NCBI GenBank assembly: GCA_030390025.1
Contig: CM059432.1
Coordinates: 65,474,001 to 65,538,000, forward strand
Length of the DNA: 64,000 nt
DNA from: Squalus acanthias
Taxonomy: Eukaryota
Direction of reading: 5' to 3'
The notes under the pieces were generated by a model. It ran no database searches. It was not told the origin of the DNA and worked only from the letters and a program-made list of their open reading frames with translations. A program made the position numbers and the translations under genes. Position 1 is the stretch's first letter. Every line of letters starts with the position of its first letter. Of this stretch, positions 13,345-25,827 are shown piece by piece.

Positions 13345-13500
13345 CTCACTTTTGGCAAGGGCAGTAATAGATCAGACGCCCCTTATACACACCGCCTGAT
13401 TTTCCCTTCCATTGACTTCTGAAAAGGAAAATCGGGTGGGGTGTATAATGGGCAGCCGATCCGCTACCACCAATTTCCGGCACTTTCAAAAATTAAAATC
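13345..13500. mobile_element. Small palindromic (fold-back) MITE remnant
   Basis: The arm GATCAGACGCCCCTTATACACACCGCCTGATTTTCC pairs with GGAAAATCGGGTGGGGTGTATAATGGGCAGCCGATC. A related half-copy lies at ~25840-25925. Confidence 0.6.
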
Positions 13501-13621
13501 ATCCATATAGTATTGAAATGGTGACCTAAAAAATCTAATTTTCCTTTTTTTTTGCCTTATCTGGCAGTTACGGTTTATCCAGCAGGGCAATGATTAACAT
13601 ATTCTGCGACAGAAACAAATA

Positions 13622-13891
13622 GGGCTGGATTTTGATACTGGGGCGGGTTGGGGTTGTGTCATCCGCATTTCGTGTTATCCACCCGCCTGCAATTGGATGT
13701 GGGAGATTGATGGAAATTTCACTTAATTGGGCAATTGAGTTCCAGCATGTAGGAACCCATGACCCAATTAGTGGTTTCAGTCTGAAAGTCGCCTCTGATG
13801 ATGTCATCATTGCAGGTCAGAGACTGCCTGGTCTCAGAGATTGCCTGGCCTTTGCTGTGAGAGGACCTGGATGCAAAATGAGCAGCATCTC

Positions 13892-13943
<52 letters not shown>

Positions 13944-14415
13944 ATTTTTTTTGCAACCAAGTCCTCCCAGGCAGTCTCTGAAGACATTCAATGCAGCAGC
14001 ATCAGAGGCGACTTTCAGACCTAATACTACTACTACCTTCATCACAATACTACTACTACCTTCATCACATCTCCATTGTAATAGTGGACCTGCAGCTGAT
14101 AGTCAGCTATCCACTTGTGCTCCCGCCAGGTTTCACTGGCGTGTTTCACATCAGGCGTACTTCACGTCGGAAAAGGGTTAAACTAGCTAAAACGTTTCAA
14201 AATGGCATTACAGAGCCAATTTAGGGCTTGTTAAGGGCTTTAATGGCCTCTCCCGCCTCTTGGAGGCGGGACGGAGTCGGGAACCCCGCGACCGATTTTG
14301 TCAAAATTGTGTGGAGGCGGAATGGAGTCGGGATGGGGTCGGGACCCCCGACCCCGCAACTTTAATCCCCACACGCCTCCAAACCCGACTCCACAGGTCA
14401 TTGAAAATCCAGCCC
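13622..14415. mobile_element. Harbinger-type MITE with internal (GA)n
   Basis: Perfect 12-bp TIR GGGCTGGATTTT, TSD ATA on both sides, (GA)n at ~13891-13942. Confidence 0.88.
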
Positions 14416-14504
14416 ATAGTCTTTTTATGTCCAGTAATAATTTGATTAGAAATAGAAAACTCTTAGACATGTTGATAATCTGTCAATGGCTTTGAATAAC
14501 ATCA

Positions 14505-14964
14505 GGGTAGAAATGAGTCCATAGAAGGTGCGCATGCCCGAAACGAGAGGCCCAAGGATCGATAGAAATTGGTCATCGGGCCTTATCAGAATAATCGGAG
14601 CGAGCTGCTGATACTGGTCCACAGGCAGCTCACCCGACAGGGAAAAACAATTTTGGCCTCTCAGATAAGGCCCAGGAGAGGGAGTTGGAGCTGGCTGTAG
14701 GGGGCGGGGGGTTAGGGCGGTGGTGGCGGGTGGTCGTGACGCTTGTGGAGTTGGGGGAGCACTCCTGCTCCTCCTGGCACAGTGAGGTTTTTATTTTAAA
14801 AAACTGGTTTTAAATTTATGAAGCTAATAAATGGACACCACAAATTTAGCTGTAGGACCAACGCCTGCGCAGATTGGGCGCAGGTCGTCCCACTGCTAAA
14901 TTGGCAATGCTTTGTGCCCATTTTACCCCCAAAAAACAGGTGCAACGCATACCAATTTCTACCC
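14505..14964. mobile_element. Harbinger-type MITE
   Basis: TIR GGGTAGAAAT / ATTTCTACCC and a GC-rich body; the TSD is not preserved. Confidence 0.62.
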
Positions 14965-15799
14965 AGTTGTGTGAAAGTCAATTGAGACCTGAAGAATAAT
15001 GGAATGGCTCAAAAGAGTGTTTCAAGTATCAAAGTTTGCAGAGAAGCTCCTTGGAGAATGGTTCTCTTTCATTTTAAACTGGGTGTGATCTGATCACTTT
15101 GTAATAATAGGTAGGAGATTTATGAGCATTGTAGGACTGTTATTTATTTTAAAATAAGGAAATAACATAATAAAGATCCAGTCGAACTGAAATTTTGTTT
15201 TTAATTCATATGCATTCGGAAACACAAATCTCACTGCCATGATAATGTTTTAAAATTAGGCACTAGCATAAGATCAGCTAATCATTAAATGCTGAGTTTC
15301 TCTCTACTCATTCATTTCTAAGGTGAGGCTGAGAGAGTGTCTGTCTCTGTTGATACTCACTATATTCATCACTGTACTTTTACAGTAAACAGATCCAGTA
15401 GACCCCCTGTTGACATATTCTATCTAAACAGGCCAAATACAAAGCTTACTGTGAAGTCTCTCAAGTTAAAAATTTCAGCTTTTCTTTCAAATTCAACTTT
15501 CTCTCTGTATATACAAAATCAAAGCTCATTAATACATGGATTTACAGGTTCGTAAACATTTTTGTACTGGCAATTCCTTATAAGATGTATTTGGGACTGT
15601 TGAATAATAAATGCAATGCCTGCTTTCTGAAGAATTTCTATCTAAACGTTTTTTGGGCAGATCACTATACTTCCTAAAAGAGCCTGACCTGAAAAACTCA
15701 ACTGCTGTAGCAAGTTTGCACTGCATCTATTAGAATACTAGCATTTTCATTGCGTTCCTTTTTATGTTAGGTTTTTTATAATGACATACGAGGACTGGC

Positions 15800-16050
15800 T
15801 GACATAACGGATACATACACACACACCTCCTCCTTTCACCTCTGGGACCCGAGTTCATCCCGTTCAGCTGATGGATTGAAAGTTTCTTTTTCCTAACAGC
15901 TGTAAGGTCCACATGTGAAATATGTTTATCTTGGGCACATAGAAGCTCACAATCTGACATAGATTTTTACTAAATAGACAATCTTAGCCAGAAAAGCCAC
16001 ATGGATGGCTGGTGAGTAAAATGGAACGGTCACATTGGTATGTTTATTTC
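15800..16050 (+). mobile_element. Ancient tRNA-derived SINE, LF-SINE-like
   Basis: CCTTTCACCTCTGGGACCCGAGTTC...GAAAGT...GCTGT...ATGTGAAAT resembles the LF-SINE head as recalled; heavily diverged. Confidence 0.5.
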
Positions 16051-16180
16051 CTTGAAATTACCAGTGCAATTATGCTGTTTGTTAGACTAGAGATGGAATT
16101 TCTCCATTATCTGTAATTTGTGAAAGAAAGAAAAATCCACCCTTGTTGGCCATTTACAACCCTCTACTGGATAGCGCAGA

Positions 16181-18407
16181 GTGGAAAAGGCAATGAGTAG
16201 GATACTCTAATACAGTGGAATGGATAATGAGTAGGGTACTCTATTACAGTGGAATGGGCAATGAGTATGGTACTCTAATACAGTGGAATGGATAATGAGT
16301 AGAGTACTCTAATACAGTGGAATGGGCAATGTGTAGAGTACTCTAATACAGTGGAATGGGCAATGAGTAGGGTACTCTAATACAGTGGAATGGGCAATGA
16401 GTAGAGTACTCCAATACAGTGGAATGGGCAATGAGTAGGGTACTCTAATACAGTGGAATGGATAATGAGTAGGGTACTCTAATACAGTGGAATGGATAAT
16501 GAGTAGAGTACTCTAATACAGTGGAATGGGCAATGAGTAGGATACTCTAATACAGTGGAATGGGCAATGAGTAGAGTACTCTAATACAGTGGAATGGATA
16601 ATGAGTAGGATACTCTAATACAGTGGAATGGGCAATGAGTAGAGTACTCTAATACAGTGGAATGGGCAATGACTAGGGTACTCTAATACAGTGGAATGGA
16701 TAATGAGTAGGGTACTCTAATACAGTGGAATGGATAATGAGTAGAGTACTCTAATACAGTGGAATGGGCAATGAGTAGAGTACTCTAATACAGTGGAATG
16801 GGCAATGAGTAGAGTACTCTAATACAGTGGAATGGGCAATGAGTAGAGTACTCTAATACAGTGGAATGGGCAATGAGTAGAGTACTCTAATACAGTGGAA
16901 TGGGCAATGAGTAGGGTACTCTAATACAGTGGAATGGATAATGAGTAGAGTACTCTAATACAGTGGAATGGGCAATGAGTAGGGTACTCTAATACAGTGG
17001 AATGGGCAATGAGTAGGGTACTCTAATACAGTGGAATGGATAATGAGTAGGATACTCTAATACAGTGGAATGGGCAATGAGTAGAGAACTCTAATACAGT
17101 GGAATGGGCAATGAGTAGAGTACTCTAATACAGTGGAATGGGCAATGAGTAGAGTACTCTAATACAGTGGAATGGGCAATGAGTAGAGTACTCTAATACA
17201 GTGGAATGGGCAATGAGTAGGGTACTCTAATACAGTGGAATGGATAATGAGTAGAGTACTCTAATACAGTGGAATGGGCAATGAGTAGAGTACTCTAATA
17301 CAGTGGAATGGGCAATGAGTAGAGTACTCTAATACAGTGGAATGGGCAATGAGTAGAGTACTCTAATACAGTGGAATGGATAATGTGTAGGATACTCTAA
17401 TACAGTGGAATGGATAATGAGTAGAGTACTCTAATACAGTGGAATGGGCAATGAGTAGAGTACTCTAATACAGTGGAATGGGCAATGAGTAGAGTACTCT
17501 AATACAGTGGAATGGGCAATGAGTAGGGTACTCTAATACAGTGGAATGGGCAATGAGTAGAGTACTCTAATACAGTGGAATGAGCAATGAGTAGAGTACT
17601 CTAATACAGTGGAATGGGCAATGAGTAGAGTACTCTAATACAGTGGAATGGGCAATGAGTAGAGTACTCTAATACAGTGGAATGGGCAATGAGCAGAGTA
17701 CTCTAATACAGTGGAATGGGCAATGAGTAGGGTACTCTAATACAGTGGAATGGGCAATGAGTAGAGTACTCTAATACAGTGGAATGGGCAATGAGTAGAG
17801 TACTCTAATACAGTGGAATGGGCAATGAGTAGAGTACTCTATTACAGTGGAATGGATAATGAGTAGGGTACTCTAATACAGTGGAATGGGCAATGAGTAG
17901 AGTACTCTAATACAGTGGAATGGATAATGAGTAGAGTACTCTAATACAGTGGAATGGATAATGAGTAGGGTACTCTAATACAGTGGAATGGGCAATGAGT
18001 AGAGTACTCTAATACAGTGGAATGGGCAATGAGTAGAGTACTCTAATACAGTGGAATGGGCAATGAGTAGAGTACTCTAATACAGTGGAATGGGCAATGA
18101 GTAGAGTACTCTAATACAGTGGAATGGGCAATGAGTAGAGTACTCTAATACAGTGGAATGGGCAATGAGTAGGGTACTCTAATACAGTGGAATGGGCAAT
18201 GAGTAGAGTACTCTAATACAGTGGAATGGGCAATGAGTAGAGTACTCTAATACAGTGGAATGGGCAATGAGTAGAGTACTCTAATACAGTGGAATGGGCA
18301 ATGAGCAAGATACTCTAATACAGTGGAATGGGCAATGAGTAGGATACTCTAATACAGTGGAATGGATAATGCGTAGAGTACTCTAATACAGTGGAATTGG
18401 TAATGAG
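16181..18407. repeat. Minisatellite, 34-bp unit GTGGAATGGGCAATGAGTAGAGTACTCTAATACA, 65 full units plus a partial one
   Basis: Period 34 (16215 to 16249). First unit at 16181, last start at 18391 (2210/34 = 65). Head-to-tail with no spacers. Confidence 0.98.
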
Positions 18408-19009
18408 GATCCCAGCAGTTTACACAGACACAGAGGCCACCAGACAGTGCTTAAGATTAAGTACTTGCTAAAACTACTTTGTCATTTTATTGCAACTCTT
18501 GTTCTTCATGCTATAAGTGGGTACACCTGTCTCCTCTATGCAAACCAAAGCATACATAACCCTGCCTTTTTATCATCCAAATCAAAATCTAAAAACATCT
18601 TTTTTCATAATCAGAGAGCTACAATCAGTATATCATGTTCTGCTGAGGCTCCATTTTGTGTATTGTTCATCTCAAGCAAGACTGAATTTTATGCTTGCAT
18701 GCACCCTTAAGAGTGGAAATATATTTTTCACCAATCTGACAGGATTCTGCTGTTGAAGCTACTGTTGTGCAGCCTGGATTAGTCATTAATAAGACATAGA
18801 TGTCCCCCTGAGCACAAAGTTGGATTAGTTCATCAACAATAACCATTCAGCTGCGTCTGAACTGATGAGATTTACCACTATTACATGAATGCTCATTCAA
18901 CGAGAAGTCTATGGAATTATGCATTAGAATGTGCACCAAGAGCTTGCCTCAACAATCCATTTCGGTCTGTAATGTCTTCGCCTGTCCTATACTCCAGCCT
19001 TCCCTGAAA

Positions 19010-19185
19010 ATGCGCCACATGGTGTGGTACTAAACCATGCAGACCAAGAAAGACCCAAGAACAATCCCTGATCTCTAGAGTTAACTGGTCTCAGCTGGAG
19101 CAGAGGTCGAGGTATTAAAATGGCCTCAATGCCCCAGGCTGAGGAGGGGTAAAATCAGTCCGGACTCCTCTTACTCCTCTAATCA
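19010..19185 (+). mobile_element. tRNA-derived SINE relic (related reverse copies at ~11290-11410 and ~56340-56540)
   Basis: The three loci share a degenerate head (GTGTGGTACT..CCAT.CAGACC..GAA...CCC) and similar downstream sequence. Confidence 0.5.
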
Positions 19186-19491
19186 ATATCCCCTACATGA
19201 AATGTGCCTCTTTGTATCTTAGTAAGGATGGATATTCTAATCAACAAGAATATGTTTACTGTTTATACATTTCCCATTTGGGTCCTGTAGTAATTACATA
19301 CATAAATAGGAATATGACTGAGGTACTGAGACTTAGACAGCTGGGTGAATTGAGTGACTGTGATGCAGTTGTCACATCTGCTGAGCAGAACTTGCGTTGG
19401 GACTTGGATTTCATGGAAAGAAGGTCATGTAGTAGGGATCCAGTGGAATATTCCAAGTTTGTGAAAGAGGCTGTTGTATCTAGGCGACAAA

Positions 19492-20227
19492 GGGGGAGAA
19501 ATTGGCCTCCTTTGCACCTCCCGTTAGCACCTCTGGGGGGGGCACTAACGGGGCTCTAAAGGCTTACTGATAGGCGCGGCAAAATTACCGATGCCCACGA
19601 ACTTCCATGGTGGGTTACTTACCGCCTCGATCTCCTGCGCCCCGGAGATCATGACGTCATCCGGTGCGCAGCATCCCATTATCGCCCCAGATGTAAAATT
19701 CGCTTCCGCCCCCTGCAGCATCGCCGGGCATCGACAACGGCAGCTGCAGGAGGTGTTGTCACCTCGGCTGGCCGCTTGGGGAGCGCTAATTAAAGGCAGT
19801 GGTGGTCAAGTAGGCCAAAATTTAATAATGTCCCCAGTATGCTGTATTTTGATTTTTTCCAGCCCGCGATTGATCAGCCCTGCACTCTCTTAGAGTGCTT
19901 GGGGCTGCTATGCGTGTATCGCGGGTGCCGTCGACGACCATTCCCAGCCTTAGCCTTCAGTGACCGCAGCATTGGCCCTTCCCTTTAAGGGAGGGAAGGA
20001 GCCTGAAAAACCGGCAGCGCTGCACAGGACATTGCGCAGCATTCTGCCGCTACCACCCCACTCGTTCACTTTAGTGCTCTAAGGGAAGTGGTAGCGCTTG
20101 ATTTAGCACTCCACTTCCCTCTTGGAGCGCTAAACGGGAAGTTCCCAGCGGAATCAATTGTGTAGCACCCGGTGATACTTTTGCGCTCCCGCAAAAGTTA
20201 TCGCCCAAACGGGGCAATTTCTAGCCC
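19492..20227. mobile_element. Harbinger-type MITE (family B, TTAGCGCC-rich)
   Basis: TIR GGGGGAGAAATTG / CAATTTCTAGCCC, TSD AAA on both sides, CRE TGACGTCA at 19652. Confidence 0.82.
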
Positions 20228-20301
20228 AAAGCATTTTGGGAAAGAAAAGCAAAATAATTCAGTTAAGAGTGGGCACAAAGAAAGAGACTCAGCAGAGCAG
20301 A

Positions 20302-21750
20302 AGAACATAGGAACAGGAGTAGGCCATTCAGCCCCTCGAGCCTGTTCGGCCATTCAATTAGAACATTGCTGATCTGTATCTTACCTCCTTCTACCCACAT
20401 TGGTTCCATAACCCTTAATTCCCTTGCCTAACAAAAAACTATCACTCTCATTTTTGTAATTTTCAATTGATCTAGCTTCAACAGCTATTTGGGGTAGAGA
20501 GTTCCTGATTTCCCTATGCGTGTGAAGAAGTGCTTTCTGACATTACCCTGAATGGCCTAGCTCTAATTTTAAAGTTATGCCTCCTTGTCCTGGACTCTCC
20601 CACCAGAAGAAATAGTTTCTCTGTATCTACCCTATCAAATCCTTTAATCATCTTAAAAACCTCAATTAGCTTACCCCTTAATCTTCTATATTCAAGTGAA
20701 TAAAAGCCTAGTCTATGCAACCTATTCTGATAATTTAACCCTTTTAGCCCTGATATCATTCTGTTAAATTGTGCGCTGCACCCCCTCCAAGGCCAATATA
20801 ATCTTCCTGAGCTGTTATTCAGAGGGATTTGGGGGTCCTTGTACAGAAATGGCAGAAAGGTAACATGCAGGTACAGGAAGCAATTAGGAAGGCAAATGGT
20901 ATATTGGCCTTTATTGCAAGGGTGGTGGAGTATAAGAGTAATGAAGTCTTGCTGGAATTATATAGGGTTTTGGTGAGCTTGCACCTGGAGTACTGTGTAC
21001 AGTTTTGGTCTCCTTACCTTAGGAAGGATATACTTGCCTTGGATGGGGTGCAGCAAAGTCATAAAGTCATTATAGAGTCATAACGGCATAGAAGGAGGCC
21101 ATTCGGCCCATCGAGTCTATGCCGACACAAAAGTTTACCAGATTGATTCCTGGGATGAGAGGGCTGTTCTATGAGGGGCAATTGAGTATATATTCTCTGG
21201 GGTTTAGAAAAATCAGAGGTGATCTCATTGAAACTTATAAAATTCTTAGAGGGCTTGACATGGTAGATGCCGAGAGGCTGTTTCCCCTGGCTTGAGAGTC
21301 TAGAACCAGGGGTCATAGTCTCAGGATAAGGGATCGGCCATTTAGGGCTGTGAATCTTTGAATTCTCTACCCCAACGGGCTGTGGATGCTCAGTCATTGA
21401 GTATATTCAAGACTGAGATCGATAGATTTTTGGGCACTAAGGGAATCAAGGAATATGGGGATAGGGCGGGAAAGTGGAGTTGATGTAGAAGTTCAGGCAT
21501 GATGTTATTGAATGACAGAGCAGGCGCAATGGGCCTTATGGCCTACTCCTGCTCCTATTTCTTATGTTCTTATGTATTTCTGCCCCCTTGAGATAAAGAC
21601 AAACATTAGCCTTTTTAATTATTTTTTGTACCTGCCCACAAGCTTTTAGTGATTTCTGTACTTGGACCCCGAAATCTCTGCTCATCCACAGTTCCTAACT
21701 TCTCATCATTTAGAAAATACTCTGATCTATCTTTCTTAGGTACAAAGTGG
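20302..21750 (-). mobile_element. CR1 3' fragment (-) interrupted by a + strand CR1 (~20812-21575)
   Basis: Minus ORF 20514-20759 (YSLEYRRLRG) and plus ORF 20829-21083 ([17 protein letters not shown]). A short third CR1-type tail is inserted at ~21058-21127. Confidence 0.85.
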
Positions 21751-22399
21751 ATGAAAGATGCCTTTATAAGACAGTGGAGTGGGAAAGTGTTCAGAGCAAT
21801 TCAGTATTGCAGCTTTTTTTGAAAAGGTGGAAGAGATTGCCAGAGTCAATGATTGCATGCAGCAAGCTGATTCTTAACAAGACATTTCTCAGCTGTAAAA
21901 TTACACTTGTTTTGCTGCTTTTCATAAATTCCTGGCAGAGAAAAAACATTCTGCTAAAGGCTAAGCCAAATTAATCCATCAATTATGAAGACGTATATAC
22001 AAAATATGGCAATGCTATAAGTATTGCATTGTGCATTTTTTATTGAAAATCTCGGGTTAATTATATCTAAGGCTAGGGGTTAGTCATGGAAAATGTAACT
22101 GAAAATTCTGGACAACTTCAAGTAAAATTGAGAAAATCACACTTTCAGTTACTCACATAATCTAATCTGATTTGACTGGCAGTTGCTGGCACTGCCATTG
22201 TTATCACAGATGATTTCCCAAGTGTTGAAGTGTTGAGGTGCCTCCATTAACACTGCAATTTTCTTGATCATGGATCTGTGTGGGGATAAACCCTTGGCCA
22301 GCACTAAAAGAGTCTGAAGCCTGCCATAAGGTGCTCTCAAGCTGAACTTCTAAACTATGGAGACCAGAATTAAGAGCTTCCTGTAAGTTGGAACAAAAG

Positions 22400-23190
22400 G
22401 GCTCAACAACTACAAATGTCTTCTATATAGCAGCTTTAATGCAGAAAAACATCGCAAAGTGCTTTAAAATGATGATAGGAAAATGGAGGCTGTGCCAAGA
22501 AGGAGAGTTTATAATGAGTGACCAAAAGCTTGGTCAAAGAGGTGCAATTTAAGAGAGATCCCAAGACAGAAAGGGATATAGGGAGGGAGAGAGGTTTAGA
22601 AAGGGAATTCCAGAGTGTGGGAGCTAAGCGGTTGAAAGCACAGCCACTAATAATGAGGTGAGGGGAGAGGCAATGCATAAGAAGCTAGAGCCAGAAGACT
22701 GGAGAGCATGGGGGGTTTGTAGGGTAGGAGGAGGTTACAGAGATAGCAGAGGGTGGGGGTGGGGTGAGGCACTGGAGAGGACTAAATTAAAAGATAAGAA
22801 TTTTAAATTTGAAGCTTTGGGACAATGAGGATAGGAGTGATGGACAAGCTGGTTTTGATGTGTGGCAGGATGCAAGACAGTAGGGTTTTGGATGAGCTGA
22901 GGTTTATGGAGGATGGAGAATGGGAGGCCATTTAGGAGAGCATTGGAGTAATTGAGTCTAGAGGTGACAAAGGCATGTATGAGTGTTTCAGCAGCAGGTG
23001 GGATGACATAGGGGCCGAGGCAGGTGATGTTATGGAGTTAGAGGTAGGCAGTCTTTGTGATGGAGGGGATATGGGGTTGGAAGCTCAGCTCAGGGTCAAA
23101 AAGGATGCCAAGGCTACAAAAAGTCTGTTTCAGCCTGATACAATGGCCGGGAATGGGGCTGGAGCTGTTTGTGGTGGGGGCCAAAGGCAA
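22400..23190 (-). mobile_element. L2 LINE 3' portion
   Basis: L2-type end (CAACAAC..TATATAGC..TTTAATG.AGAAAAACATC) and minus-strand translation APTLWNSL. Confidence 0.75.
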
Positions 23191-23191
23191 T

Positions 23192-25827
23192 GTCTGCGAT
23201 TTCACCAACCGTGGCTAGTCCGGTGCGGCCGGAGTAGGTGGCGGCTTCAAACCCCGCTCCTGTCTTCATCCCGCCTCCTCCAAGTGATTTTGCCCTGATT
23301 GGGCTTGGTAAGCCCACCCTGCGAGGTTCCCGGCCAATTAAAAGGAAGCGGGTCTGATGACGTAATCTGATGACCCATCATCAGCCGGTTTCCTTAAATC
23401 GGCCTCGTCCACATTCATTTTGACAGTTGTGCTTCAGTGTTCTACAGCATTGAGGTGCTGCAAACACTGACAAGTACTGCACAAAGGTGCACGGCTGCAA
23501 CCAGGCTCTCACATGACTCCCTCCATATGCTTATGGAGGGACTCACAGCATGCAGGGAGGTCCTTTTCCCTTCCAATGGCAGAAGAGACCTCCCCACGAG
23601 ACCAACACAGCCTGGTTGCACATTGCACAGGAGGACACAAACAGGGATGTTGTCAGGAGGACCAGGCTGCAGTGGCACAAACCTTTCAATGATCTCAGTA
23701 GATCACGAAATGTTACTGCAAAGCCACACTCAACCTCATCCTGCTGTGCCACTCATCACATCCCCATTACTCTGCCTTCCCAACCCTACTCCTGCACATC
23801 CTTACTCACACCAACTTACCTTGCACCTCCACCCATCCCTCTCTATCTACATTATCACTTCCCCATCTCACTAGCTATCCCTCACACTCACTCTCATCCT
23901 TGTCCAATCATACCAACTAACAACACACAAGGGTAGGCACTTGTATGCTTTAGCCAATGTCCGTGTAAAGTGTCTGTTAATGTGTTGTCAAGCATTTTCA
24001 ACACTTTGCCTTCTTGGACAGATTTGTGTGCACCCTTGGAAGTATCTTAGTGAATTCCAGTGAATGGTGAGACATAACGGTACCCCCACAATGGTGATGA
24101 GTGTGAAAGAAATGGCTTAGGCATTGTTGGGATGCTTTATGGTGTTAGTGTGGGGTGGTGCCAACCTGGCGCATCGTGTGGCAGCCAGTGTGTACAGCGT
24201 CAAGTGAAGTAAATCTGGCCATGATGAGGCCATCGCTGGCGTCCCAGGCAGCAATGTGGTCGGGTGCTGATGCCCTGCGTCCTGTACAGCATCAGGTGAT
24301 TGCGGAGAATGTTGGTGTTGTTGTTGGTGTTGCTGGTGTGCCTGATGATGTTGGTGTTGGGGCTGATCGTGGTGGGATTCTGAGGACCAAGGAGAGATTT
24401 TTTCAAGGGCACCGATGCTGCTGGAATAGATGGCAGCTGAAGTTGAGATGACAGAAGTGATCTGTCAATGTTGAGAGAGGTTGCTCCAAGGAGGTGACAG
24501 TGGATAGAGAGTTTATTCCAAACACTTCGGGGGGAATTTTGCCAGCCCTGGGGAGGCGGCTTTGGAGGCGTGGCTGCCGGGAAAATGGCAGAATCTGGGG
24601 GCGGGTACCCATCCCACCCCCAACCTGCCTCCGTGCCATCTTTCCAGGGGGCGGGTAACCGACCTGCGCTGGGAGCCACCTCCCCGAGGTGGAAAGGGGA
24701 TTAGTGCCAATTAACTGCCTGTTAACAGGTAGTTAACTGGCATTTTTTTGGATAATCCCTATTTTGCCACCTAAAGTGTGGGCTTCCCGACGGTTCCGAA
24801 CCTCGCCAGGGTCAGCAAGGCGAGCCGTGGGTCTGCGGGGGTCGGAGGGGCTGAGATGTGCAGTGTGCAGGTGAGTGATGGGTGCAAGTGTGCAGAGGTA
24901 AGTGTGTGAGGTGTGTTTAAAGTGTTTTAATAAGTTTTACTTACCTTTACTTCTTCCTGCAGGCTTCCTCCCTTCAGGTCTCGGAGTCCCTCATCTCACC
25001 GGCACAGAAAGCAGAATGGCCGCTGAACTGTCAAAAGCTGCAGCCTTCTGCTTTCTGCTCAGGAGAGCTCTCTAACTCAGCTTGAGTGACAGGACTGAAC
25101 TTAGAGGACAGATTGTCAGTGTTTGACAGTTTCACAGAGCTGTCAAATGTTGTCATTTCATCTGTCAAAAGCTCTTGACAGATGAAACGTCACTTGCTGA
25201 CGTCACCAGTAACCGGCTTTCCCTTAATTGGCCTGCTAAGCCCGCTGGGTGGGATTAACAAGGTCAATCAAGGGAAAATAGTGTGGGTTGGCCACAAGTC
25301 GATGGAGGTGGGACTAAAACCCGACAAGTGGGAGTCCCGCCTCCAAAAGCTCCCCATTGACAAAATCCAGCCCTTCCAAACTGCATACAGCTCAAAAGTG
25401 TCTTCCAAATCCTGAAGGCTCAAGCTTTTGACATTGGAAAGTGAACAGCTGTGAAATGGTAGCTTTTATACCACTTTTGCAGCTGTCACCTATTCACAGC
25501 AATGGAGAGACATAGAGAACCCAACACATTTACCTGACATGATCCCCGAGTGATGGGAACCTCGTGGAAAAGTTAGAAAAATGGCTAGAAGGTGGTCAAA
25601 TGCTGTTCAACTACCTCTTAACTATCTCAATTGGCTGACCCGTCGCTTAGTGTCGGATCTGCAAAGTGCAGGCAGACCCCACACTTGGTAAACTGACACG
25701 GAGGCGGGTTCAGTGCGGGATCCCGACCCGCTGTCAATCTTTTAGATTTTGACAGCGGACCCGCCTCTGGACCCGCCTCTGGACCCGCCTCTGAACCCGC
25801 CATCTGAGCGCCGGCAAAATTCCGGCC
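23192..25827 (-). mobile_element. Non-autonomous Harbinger derivative containing a nested MITE
   Basis: Myb/SANT remnant on + (ORF 23550: RPPHETNTAWLHIAQE..RRTRLQW.K.FNDL). Transposase N-terminal remnant on - (~24250-24400). Right end CAAAATTCCGGCC; flanks AAT/AAT, though the left TIR is degenerate. Confidence 0.78.
24529..25373. mobile_element. Harbinger-type MITE nested in the previous element
   Basis: TIR GGGGGGAATTTTGCCA / TGACAAAATCCAGCCC, TSD TTC (24526-24528 / 25374-25376), CRE at 25198. Confidence 0.82.

Noticed and set aside
13545..13621. Strong acceptor-like tract TTTTCCTTTTTTTTTGCCTTATCTGGCAG
   Set aside because: All three frames stop within ~60 nt, and a MITE follows immediately.
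16181..18407. CRISPR-like array (34-bp partly palindromic repeats)
   Set aside because: Units are head-to-tail with no unique spacers, there are no cas genes, and the context is a vertebrate genome.
19197..19559. 120-aa ORF
   Set aside because: Runs into a MITE and shows no recognisable domain.
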